A stretch of 64,000 nucleotides of DNA, taken from the NCBI GenBank assembly GCA_963674595.2, contig CAXXFV010000027.1, positions 64,001 through 128,000 on the forward strand, in the 5' to 3' direction. Positions 11,105-23,580 of the stretch are shown piece after piece (the stretch's first letter is position 1; each line of letters begins with the position of its first letter). The notes beneath the pieces were generated by a model. That model was not told the DNA's origin, did not search any database, and saw only the letters and a list, made by a program, of their open reading frames with translations. Source of the stretch: a bacterium. Its GTDB lineage: Bacteria > Zhuqueibacterota > Zhuqueibacteria > Residuimicrobiales > Krinioviventaceae. Made by a program: the position numbers and the translations under genes.

Positions 11105-11617
11105 ATGACAGGTGAAATTGCATCGTTCTTTGGAAATTTGCCAAAAGAATTAATTACAGTAATAATTGCCATGATACCGATTGCTGAATTACGTGGAGCT
11201 ATTCCATGGGCCGTTGCAAATCCACCCATAGGTGGAGGGTTGAGCTGGCAAACAGCATATATATATGCCGTAATAGGAAATTTAATTCCTGTTTTTCCTA
11301 TTTTAATATTCTTTGACAAAGCATATAACCTGCTAAATCGATTCAAATTTTTTAACCGATTGTTCGAGTGGTTATTTGCACGCACCAGGAAAAAAGGTAA
11401 ATTAATAGAACGATATGAAATAATCGGTCTTGTTCTGTTTGTTGGAATTCCGTTACCTGTAACCGGTGCATGGACAGGTGCTTTGGCCGCATTTTTATTT
11501 GGTATTTCTTTGAAAAAATCGATTCCTGCAATTACCATGGGAGTATTAATTGCCGGAGTTATAGTTACGCTTGCTTCATTAGGTGTTATAAACATCTTGC
11601 AAATATTCGTCAAATAA
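11105..11617 (+). CDS. Small multidrug export family membrane protein (COG2426)
   Basis: [24 protein letters not shown]. Confidence 0.88.
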   Translation: MTGEIASFFGNLPKELITVIIAMIPIAELRGAIPWAVANPPIGGGLSWQTAYIYAVIGNLIPVFPILIFFDKAYNLLNRFKFFNRLFEWLFARTRKKGKLIERYEIIGLVLFVGIPLPVTGAWTGALAAFLFGISLKKSIPAITMGVLIAGVIVTLASLGVINILQIFVK

Positions 11618-11618
11618 T

Positions 11619-11692
11619 CGGGGCGTAGCGCAGCCCGGTAGCGCGCCTGCTTCGGGAGTAGGAGGCCGGAGGTTCAAATCCTCTCGCCCCGA
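11619..11692 (+). tRNA. tRNA-Pro (anticodon CGG); CCA not encoded
   Basis: Acceptor CGGGGCG/CGCCCCG, D-arm GCGC/GCGC, anticodon stem CCTGC/GTAGG with loop TTCGGGA, T-arm GGAGG-TTCAAAT-CCTCT. Confidence 0.96.
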
Positions 11693-11694
11693 CT

Positions 11695-11725
11695 AAAAAG
11701 CCAATACAAATGTATTGGCTTTTTT
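11695..11725 (+). terminator. Intrinsic terminator after tRNA-Pro
   Basis: AAAAAGCCAATACA-AA-TGTATTGGCTTTTTT. Confidence 0.85.
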
Positions 11726-11825
11726 AATTAATATAAAATTCTATTTTTAACATTGCTTTTTTAAGAGTATTTAACTAATTTTTAGTGATTTATGATTCAC
11801 TTTTAAATAAAGTAAGGACCTTCTT

Positions 11826-14297
<2,472 letters not shown>

Positions 14298-14323
14298 AAT
14301 TCAATTATATTTTTTGTTAAAAG

Positions 14324-14356
14324 AAAAAGGCATCTAAATTTTTAGATGCCTTTTTT
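14324..14356. terminator. Bidirectional intrinsic terminator
   Basis: AAAAAGGCATCTAAA-TT-TTTAGATGCCTTTTTT between convergent genes. Confidence 0.85.
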
Positions 14357-14484
14357 ATTTTCATATAGATAAGAATAACAGGGAAGAACAAGTATCGAAT
14401 TAAAATTCCAACCCAATCTCCATGTTAACATAACTAATATTATGCATAAACAGGTTTATTATTCCCAATAAGCAATGGTCTGTT

Positions 14485-15444
14485 TTAGCTTAATTTGGAC
14501 TCGATTTCCTTTAAAACCTTCATAGACTCTTTTGCTATTACTTGTCCGCCTGGTGAAAAATCAAATACTTCCAGCGAAACCCATTTGTCATAATTCATAA
14601 TCTTTAAGTAACTGAAACGTCCCGACAAATTCCTCGTTAGCTTTTCCGGTACCAAGATAATTGCCGTCCATTTCCTGAACATGCACATGTAGAATATTGC
14701 CATAATATCGTTTTACAAGTGTTTCAAATGATTCGGTTTCATCTGCGGTATTGTGAAAATCAAACATCATATCAATAGCCGGATGATTAACAGCTTTTAC
14801 AATATCCATTGCTTCAGCCAATGTATTGACAACATCGGTTTGTGAATGATCCAAATGTTCGACAAGTATTTTAACATTACGCTGTTGTGCATGGTCTGCT
14901 ACAGCGGCCCAATCCGTCAGCAAAGTATTTTTTTGCTTCATCAACAGAAATTCCCAAAGTATTACGTTGTTTTGGTGAACCGAAAATCATAACCGTGCCG
15001 CCAAGATCGCCGCAAAAATCAATTAAATCATCGAGATAAGATACTGTCTTTTGTCGAATTGCAGCATCAGGCGCCGTAAAGTGTAATCCTTTTGGCGGCG
15101 GCGCCAACAACCAGTGCAGACCAACACATTCCCAGACCATGATCTTTCATAACCTGGACCATTTGACTGCGCTGGGCCTGATCAAGGTCATTTATACTTT
15201 CAGTTACCAGTGTAAATGCAGCAATTTCAATACCTTTGAAGCCTGCATCACTAACGATTTTGCATTGTTCAGCCCAGGTCAAATCTTTCATACTTTCATT
15301 ACACATCGCATATTTAAATCCGGGCCAGGTCTTTTCAGTCTTTTCTTTTTTCGAACATCCTGCAGTCATTGTTCCCAAAGCGGCCATGCTTAAAATTGAT
15401 CCTGAAGCCTTTATAAATTTTCGACGATTATATATTCCATGCAT
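14485..15444 (-). CDS. Sugar phosphate isomerase/epimerase (xylose-isomerase-like TIM barrel) with Tat-lipoprotein signal; about 3 frameshifts
   Basis: NRRKFIK and TAGC lipobox; GFKGIE, FGSPKQR, EHL, DFHN, HVHVQE, SLEVF spread over four overlapping ORFs. Confidence 0.8.
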
Positions 15445-15457
15445 GCATAAACTCCTT

Positions 15458-16615
15458 TCAACCTATTGTCTTTTCAAATATTGTATATGTTTTTGACGAT
15501 GTCACGTTATACATTTCAATTATCCGGTTGATCATCGTATTATCTTCCAAAACCCAGCCAAGATCGCAGTAATCATAACCTTTTTTCTGAGAATAAAGTT
15601 TTTGCTGATGCAGCATTACACCATCAAGCCCGAATCTTCTGAATTTTTTCTTAACGCCCAAATATCCAAGCCGAAATCCCTGAACACTGTTTTTATACAA
15701 TAGCATTTTTACAGCGCGAATTAAATCACAACGGCGACATATTTTTCCGGGCTTTAATTTTTCAAAAATATTCGGAACACCTCCAAAAAAGGCGGCCGGT
15801 TCTCCGTCGACATAAAGAAATATAAACAAGCCCTTGTCCATAACTAGCATCATATCATTCACAATTGAATAAAACTCTTTTTGCTCAAAAGGCACAAATC
15901 CGAAATTATCATTCCATGCATCATTATAAATTTCGTGCATTTCTTTTTTTCTTACATCCAAAGGTCTTTGGTCCCACGTTTCAAGTGTTACTTTATATCG
16001 TTTTATAATTTTATCATATAGTCTTTCAAGTTTTGGCTCCATGGGATCATTAACCGGCACTTCCCAGGACTTTACTCGTTTAATTCCTTCAAATCCTGCA
16101 GAACGTACCAGGTTTTCATAATATGGTTTGTTATAGTGATAATAAATAACCGGCCGTGTATCAAAACCTTCCGTTAACAGTCCCGGCGTTGCTTCGTTTA
16201 CAGGTAAATTTTGCGGACCGCGTATTCTCTGCATTCCCTGTTGAGACAACCAATCAGCAGCCGCAGTGAACAAATCATTTGCCACGTTTTGATCATCAAT
16301 ACATTCAAATTGACCGAAAAAACCGGTCTTTTCGTTCCAATGTTTGTTAAAGTTATGGTTTACAAAAGCGTTACAACGCCCAACCACTTTACCATCCTGA
16401 TAAGCTAAAAAGAACTTCATGTCCGCATGATTGAAAAAATTGTTTTGTGGTTCAAAAAAACCGGTCATGCCGATAAGATGAAACCCCAAATATTCATAAT
16501 CCAGTAATGGAATATATTGTGCATCCTGTTTGTAATGTTCCCAATGAAAATCAACAAACTCTTTTAACAGTTTTTTATCTGCTGCCGTCTGGTTGGAAAA
16601 ACTTTTTACACCCAT
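15458..16615 (-). CDS. YghO-like tandem GNAT protein (family of bacterial ceramide synthase)
   Basis: GKVVGR..GFFGQFECIDD..IRGP, YNKPYY, YNDAWNDNFGFVP, LGV, GWVLEDN; GGAG RBS before ATG 16615. Confidence 0.75.
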   Translation of the reverse strand: MGVKSFSNQTAADKKLLKEFVDFHWEHYKQDAQYIPLLDYEYLGFHLIGMTGFFEPQNNFFNHADMKFFLAYQDGKVVGRCNAFVNHNFNKHWNEKTGFFGQFECIDDQNVANDLFTAAADWLSQQGMQRIRGPQNLPVNEATPGLLTEGFDTRPVIYYHYNKPYYENLVRSAGFEGIKRVKSWEVPVNDPMEPKLERLYDKIIKRYKVTLETWDQRPLDVRKKEMHEIYNDAWNDNFGFVPFEQKEFYSIVNDMMLVMDKGLFIFLYVDGEPAAFFGGVPNIFEKLKPGKICRRCDLIRAVKMLLYKNSVQGFRLGYLGVKKKFRRFGLDGVMLHQQKLYSQKKGYDYCDLGWVLEDNTMINRIIEMYNVTSSKTYTIFEKTIG

Positions 16616-16683
16616 ACTATCTCCGAATAAAATCAAGAATATATTAAAAATAGATACAAAAGTTTTTAATTAAAATCAAGTTA

Positions 16684-17849
16684 TTACGCGGCTTTTCCCA
16701 AAAATATTGCATGCTCGCCAAACCGGTCACGGATCTTGTCCATAGCCTCTGTCAGCGCTGCTTTTTTTGAATTTTTGGGTTCCGTAAACAGGGACAATTG
16801 CGGTGATTCCTGTACGAGATCACACAATTTTAGCGTTAATTTTCGGACGCGCACCCTCCTGCTTAACGCTTTTTTCAACGTTTCATCAACATACAGACCC
16901 AGAGCATAGTCATCATGGGTCGGCAAAAAACCGTTTTTGTGCAATGTCGGTTTTGTCGTCGGAATAGTTTACCTGGACCAGCAATCGTTGACAAAACAGT
17001 TTTTGATTCCGCAAACGCCGTGTTCCCTGCGTTAATAAACGAAAAAGAATTGCATATAAAACCTGGTGATCATTGCAGTCCTGCGTCAGCGTTTGATTTT
17101 CAACGATCTCGGGAGCACGTTTTGGCGGCTGAACAGGCCGGTTATCAATACCGTGCGCGCGCTGGTAAAGCACCAGTCCCAGCTTGCCAAAGACCATTTG
17201 TAAATTTTCCGCAGAAACAAACGAAAGTTGGCGAATAATGTGAATGTTAAGGTCCCACAGATGTTGCCGCACGTCCTTTTTTACGCCGGGTAAAAAGCCG
17301 ATCTTTAGCGGGGCCAAAAAATTCTGTTCATTTCCATGGGGAACATCACATAAACTGTTGAGCTCGCCGGCATTCGTCACAACATCAGAGGCGACTTTGC
17401 TGACCATTTTGTTGCCGGCAATACCGGCATTTGCTTTCAAACGCAAACTTTCCCGTATCTCTCTTTGGGCTTTTGCCGCCGCATCTTTTATAGGTCCAAA
17501 AAGTTTTCCCGAACCGGACATATCAAGATAGGCATGACCAAAACGCAACGGCTCAATAATCGGAGAGAACCGGCCGAGAATTTTAAGCATTGCTGTTGTC
17601 GCCCGCACATACAATTCTTCATTGGGTGTCAATACCACCAGGTCCGGGCAATATCGTTTGGCCTGCGTCAGCGGCATGCCGGAAAAAACATGATTGCTGC
17701 GGGCCTCTTGTGAGGCCGACGAAATAATTGAACGTGTTGCGGTTTGTACGGCAATAGCAACCGCGCCGTTGCCGTAGTTTCGGCTCCAATACACGTTCAA
17801 CGGCAATATAAAAGTCTGTAATATCAATATGTATGACGGTTCTGTTCAT
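16684..17849 (-). CDS. Y-family polymerase (DinB/ImuB-like; 2 frameshifts; catalytic DE motif replaced)
   Basis: HIDITDFYIAVE, ASQEAR..GMPL, NKMVSKVAS; EPLRFGHAYLD instead of SxDEAYLD; clamp motif QLSLF. Confidence 0.85.
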
Positions 17850-17873
17850 TTGTTAATAAATCTCGTTATTTCC

Positions 17874-17900
17874 TTATATTTTCTGCAAAGGTGCCGATAA
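17874..17900 (+). promoter_or_regulatory. Candidate sigma28 (FliA) promoter
   Basis: Perfect -10 GCCGATAA at 17893-17900; TTATATTT 11 nt upstream matches 5 of 8 positions of TAAAGTTT. Confidence 0.55.
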
Positions 17901-17922
17901 TAATAAAAACAATGGAGGAAAC

Positions 17923-18753
17923 ATGTCTTTATCGACAACTTTGAACACAGCGTCCGGGTTGGCCGGACAACAGATTACGCAGCAACTTTCAAAACAACCC
18001 CGTACCAACACGCCGACCTCCCTCCTTTCGGCTGATTCAAAACAAATGGATGCCGCATCTTTTTCAGAACTGGGCCAATGGGCGTTACAAAATCATTTAA
18101 ATATTGAACAATCATCGGTTACGTCCGGATTTTCCGGTTATAATTTTGATTTACAATTTGATCAGGAACACCTGCAAAGCATCCACACACAAGGCTTTCT
18201 GGATATACAGCAGCAGAAACTTGAATTTGATTTATCTTTTGAACTAAACGCTTCTTCTTTTGAACAGTATCGCGGTAAAAATCAGCAGCTTCGTTTTGAC
18301 TTGCATTTTTCTATGGAAAACGTCCGGGTTCAGCAAGCTCAGGTCCATGAAAAAAAAGAAGATATTTTTCATTTTGTCAGGCGTATTGTTAAACATATCG
18401 CAGATTTTGCCGCCAGTGAGGATTTTGAGCTGGCAGAGTTAATACTAGATGATAAAGATGCTGTGGAAATCGCAGGTCTTGACAACGGAAAAATTCTGAA
18501 AGATATTGCGGCCCTTGTGACAATTCTTTATGCGGCCAACAAATTTCTCGGCAGAGACAAAACAGATGTTTCCATGTATTTAAAACGCGATTCCGAAACA
18601 GAATTACAATTTTCTTCAACCTGGCAGCAAAAGTTAAATTTTTCAGTCAGTGTAACAGCGATTCCGGATTCAGGGACGCCGGAAAAGACCGCAACCGATA
18701 CCGATACGGAACCGACGACTGATGACACAAACACGGAAAAAGACAATAACTAG
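17923..18753 (+). CDS. Hypothetical protein
   Basis: 276 aa ORF with GGAGG RBS, S/T/Q-rich N-terminus and acidic T/D-rich tail. Confidence 0.75.
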   Translation: MSLSTTLNTASGLAGQQITQQLSKQPRTNTPTSLLSADSKQMDAASFSELGQWALQNHLNIEQSSVTSGFSGYNFDLQFDQEHLQSIHTQGFLDIQQQKLEFDLSFELNASSFEQYRGKNQQLRFDLHFSMENVRVQQAQVHEKKEDIFHFVRRIVKHIADFAASEDFELAELILDDKDAVEIAGLDNGKILKDIAALVTILYAANKFLGRDKTDVSMYLKRDSETELQFSSTWQQKLNFSVSVTAIPDSGTPEKTATDTDTEPTTDDTNTEKDNN

Positions 18754-18756
18754 TTA

Positions 18757-19387
18757 TTATTTAATGCTTTCCCGAACCAGGGCAACAACTTTTCCCTGAA
18801 TGGTCCATTCGTCTGTCGGATGAATATCCGGATATTCTGCGTTTTCCGCCTTTAGGTACGCATGGGCGCCGTCTTTTTGTGCAAGCCGTTTTACCGTCGT
18901 TTCACTTCCACCAATCAGAGCAACCACAATGTCACCCCAATTGGCCGTATTTTGTGACCGCACAATAACCAGGTCCTCGTCCAGGATGCCCGCATTTTTC
19001 ATACTTTCTCCCTGCACGCGCAGTAAAAAATGCCGGTCTCCGGAACGGACCAAATAACGCGGTACGGCAATCTCCCGTTCAATTGTTTTCTTCAGCCAGC
19101 ATGGGAAGTCCGGCGGTAACAGCGCCTACAAGCGGCAAACTGATCTTGCTTTCTTCAATGCCCGGCGTTTCATAAGAATTCATCAGTTTTATGCCTCTGG
19201 CCTTGTTTTTTTCCCAAACAATAAAGCCTTTTTTGGCCAGGGCCGTTAAATGTTTCACCGACGAATTTTGAGAGGATACTCCCAACTCTTTTGCCAATTC
19301 CTTTAACGTTGGTGGATATCCTCGATCACTTATCAATTTGGAAATAATATCCAAAACTGTTTTCTGACGTTGTGTTAGTTTTTTCAT
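18757..19387 (-). CDS. lexA: SOS repressor LexA (frameshift near 19082)
   Basis: LTQRQ..GYPPTLKEL wHTH, cleavage site VTAGLP, catalytic GESM and TVKR. Confidence 0.93.
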
Positions 19388-19396
19388 GCAGTTCTC

Positions 19397-19453
19397 ATAA
19401 AAGGTGTAATTATATCCACCTTTTATTGTACAAATTCCCCAGGAAAAAGTCAA
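19397..19453 (-). promoter_or_regulatory. lexA promoter with overlapping inverted repeat (candidate LexA operator)
   Basis: Minus strand TTGACT(19453-19448)-N17-TACAAT(19430-19425); IR ATAAAAGGTG-N10-CACCTTTTAT at 19397-19426. Confidence 0.7.
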
Positions 19454-19477
19454 TAATATTATTCAAAAATAATATTA

Positions 19478-19711
19478 TTATGTTGTTTCCGGAATGTTTA
19501 AAAGTTTAACAAGTCGTTCATGAATATTTTGTGGTACTTGTTTTTCCTTTAAACATTGGTATAAATTAACAGTTGTGCGCATAGAGTTTACCTGATTGCG
19601 GCAGTCCGGGCAGATTTCAAGATGTTCTTTAATTTTGTGACAAAGCTCAGAATTCATATCTTCTGCAAGCTCGTCACATATTTGCTCTAATATTTTACTA
19701 CAGGCCATCAA
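19478..19711 (-). CDS. Zinc-binding anti-sigma (zf-HC2/ZAS) domain protein, soluble
   Basis: HLEICPDC = HxxxCxxC. Confidence 0.85.
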   Translation of the reverse strand: MMACSKILEQICDELAEDMNSELCHKIKEHLEICPDCRNQVNSMRTTVNLYQCLKEKQVPQNIHERLVKLLNIPETT

Positions 19712-19907
19712 AACCTCAATGAATTAAATAAATAACTAGGTTTAAATCATACTAAAAATTTATCCAAAATGCAAGATCATTATTTCTGCTTATTAATTAT
19801 TAGATGCTTAAAAAATAAATATTATTCAAATTAAAACCATTATTTGCAAAATTAAACAAAAATCCTTACATTTGGGCTTTAAAAATAGGATTAAACTGAG
19901 GAATATA

Positions 19908-20738
19908 ATGAAATTATACGAAATTTTAACCAAAGAAGAAATCGCGCCAAATGTAACACGGCTCACGATCTATGTTCCTGAAATTGCGTTAAAACGCAAA
20001 GCAGGTCAATTTGTAATTATTCGAATTTGTGAAGATGGTGAACGTATACCGTTGACGATTGCAGATGCAGATGAAAATAAAGGTACAATTACACTGATAT
20101 CACAAAGTGTGGGCAAGACAACATTTCAGTTGGCTTCTCTTAACACGGGTGATCAATTACAGGACGTTGTAGGTCCTTTGGGTACGCCGACGCATATTGA
20201 AAAACTGGGAACAGTTGTTTGTATTGGCGGCGGGATTGGGGCTGCTCCGCTCTACCCGATTACCCAGGCAATGCAAAAAGCAGGAAACCATATTATTACA
20301 ATACTTGGCGCACGCACGAAAGAACTTTTAATATTAGAAGATGAAATGCGTGGTGTCAGTGATCAGCTTGTCATTAACACAGATGACGGAAGTTACGGCC
20401 AAAAAGGTTTTGTTACAAATTCGTTAACTGACCTTATTGAGCAAAATATTAAAATAGACCAGGTCATTGCGATTGGTCCGTCAATAATGATGAAAATGGT
20501 TTCGGAAACAACACGAGCTCACGAAATTCCTACAGTTGTCAGTTTAAACACCATTATGATTGATGGAACCGGTATGTGCGGCGGCTGCCGGGTAAGTGTT
20601 GCGAATAAAACAAAATTTGTTTGTGTGGATGGCCCTGAATTTGATGGTCATCAGGTTGATTGGGATGAAATGATGAAAAGGTTAAATACATATAAAGAAC
20701 ATGAATGTAAAGCGATGAAACAATATACGGAAAAATAA
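19908..20738 (+). CDS. nfnA: Electron-bifurcating transhydrogenase small subunit NfnA (SudB-like)
   Basis: GQFV, ERIPLTIAD, GPLG, IGGGIG, DGTGMCGGCRV, CVDGPEF. Confidence 0.9.
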   Translation: MKLYEILTKEEIAPNVTRLTIYVPEIALKRKAGQFVIIRICEDGERIPLTIADADENKGTITLISQSVGKTTFQLASLNTGDQLQDVVGPLGTPTHIEKLGTVVCIGGGIGAAPLYPITQAMQKAGNHIITILGARTKELLILEDEMRGVSDQLVINTDDGSYGQKGFVTNSLTDLIEQNIKIDQVIAIGPSIMMKMVSETTRAHEIPTVVSLNTIMIDGTGMCGGCRVSVANKTKFVCVDGPEFDGHQVDWDEMMKRLNTYKEHECKAMKQYTEK

Positions 20739-20753
20739 AAATTTAGGTATAAT

Positions 20754-22168
<1,415 letters not shown>

Positions 22169-22192
22169 TATTTTGGCGTAAAAATTATATAT

Positions 22193-22228
22193 AAAAAAAG
22201 CTCTGCAATTTTGTAGAGCTTTTTTTTT
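22193..22228. terminator. Bidirectional intrinsic terminator
   Basis: A7-GCTCTGCAA-TT-TTGTAGAGC-T9 between convergent genes. Confidence 0.85.
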
Positions 22229-22231
22229 ATT

Positions 22232-23371
22232 CTATTCTGCCACTTTTATTAAAAGTTGTTTAATGAGTTTTGCCTGTTTAAATTCCTCGTCTTCAATTCC
22301 AAGTTTTTTCAACAATGGTGGTGGCGCCAGTCGATATGTCAATGTCGTTTCCAGATAAACGACATTAGAATCCGGTATCAAGTATGTTAAGAGCCGTTTT
22401 TCATCTGGAAGCAGGCGTTGGTCAAATTTTTCCGTAACAGCTTCCCAGGGGGGAACCGGGGCATCACCGTTTTCATTTGCCAAAAGTTTCATAAATATTG
22501 CCTGGGGATCTTCTTTTATTGGATTGATATAGTAATTTTTCCAGACCGGATTTTTGTCAGCATCCTGCGCTTCAATATTAAAAATTACCATTCGCATCGG
22601 AGAACCGGTCGGCAGAGCATGCCCAACAGCGTGATTTTGAATTTCGACCGCCACATCCAAAAGACTGTCTTTTCGTACATACTTAACTTTAATGTCGGCG
22701 CAATTGGTTAAAATTTCATCTGAATAACCGCCAAAAAAGGAATGAGAATGGATTTCATCTCGGACTTTACCCAATGGTGCAGCTTTGCCTTCTTTGGAGG
22801 GCATGTGGCAATCCTGACAGGAAACACCCTGTCTGGCAAAACGGCTGTTCTCCCATTCTGATTTTGTTGAACAAAAGGAAATACCATGAGGATTTTTTTC
22901 ATTACCATGACAGGTAAAACAAAATTCCGAAGTCGTTATACTTGCCGAGAATTCAGATTCATGCACATTTGAAATAGGATCTTTAATTGGCCCGTATTTT
23001 AAATTACCGGGACCAAGTTGAATCCAGTCATAGTTATCCACAACAGCTAGTTGTGTTGCATGGCAAATATCACAGCTAACGCCCTGTTCAAAAACCGCTC
23101 TTGTTTGCTCCGTATCCGGAATCAAAGTTCTGGCAGGTTCATGACATTTACGACAGGTTTCATCCAGAGAATTTTGGGATGATTTATTGGCCCAGTCAAG
23201 CATTTTTTGGAAAAATACATTCTGTGCTTCGGATGAATGTGCATGGCGAGAACTTTTCCACTCGGTATATATTTGTTGATGACAATCACTGCACTCTTCC
23301 GCCGGACTAATTGTTTGAGACCACCCATTTTGAATAAATAAAGTTAATACCAGGAAAAAATAATTTCTCAT
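22232..23371 (-). CDS. Exported pentaheme c-type cytochrome (c554-like N-terminus)
   Basis: Five CxxCH motifs (CSDCH, CRKCH, CDICH, CFTCH, CQDCH), signal peptide, GHALPTG. Confidence 0.9.
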   Translation of the reverse strand: MRNYFFLVLTLFIQNGWSQTISPAEECSDCHQQIYTEWKSSRHAHSSEAQNVFFQKMLDWANKSSQNSLDETCRKCHEPARTLIPDTEQTRAVFEQGVSCDICHATQLAVVDNYDWIQLGPGNLKYGPIKDPISNVHESEFSASITTSEFCFTCHGNEKNPHGISFCSTKSEWENSRFARQGVSCQDCHMPSKEGKAAPLGKVRDEIHSHSFFGGYSDEILTNCADIKVKYVRKDSLLDVAVEIQNHAVGHALPTGSPMRMVIFNIEAQDADKNPVWKNYYINPIKEDPQAIFMKLLANENGDAPVPPWEAVTEKFDQRLLPDEKRLLTYLIPDSNVVYLETTLTYRLAPPPLLKKLGIEDEEFKQAKLIKQLLIKVAE

Positions 23372-23568
23372 TCTTTCTCCTTGTTAACTTTTTTCTTGCC
23401 CCCTCCTACTGTTAAAATAAAACCAATAACAGCACCATAGCCTGTGCTGATATAACCATTAGATGTAATCGGACACGTACCGGATTGACAGCCGATAAAA
23501 TGATAATAGGCGTATCCCAATAAAGCTCCAATGACAATGCCGAGAGCTAATTTCAAATATTTATTCAT
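23368..23568 (-). CDS. DUF6132-type small membrane protein
   Basis: Two TM helices flanking GCQSGTCPITS; ATGA overlap with the cytochrome gene. Confidence 0.85.
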   Translation of the reverse strand: MNKYLKLALGIVIGALLGYAYYHFIGCQSGTCPITSNGYISTGYGAVIGFILTVGGGKKKVNKEKE

Positions 23569-23580
23569 ATATTACCTTTC

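Noticed and set aside
11726-11825. T-box leader for leuS
   Set aside because: The region is about 100 nt, AT-rich, and has no T-box consensus.
19712-19907. Rex operator upstream of nfnAB
   Set aside because: Only poor matches to TTGTGAA-N4-TTCACAA in very AT-rich DNA.
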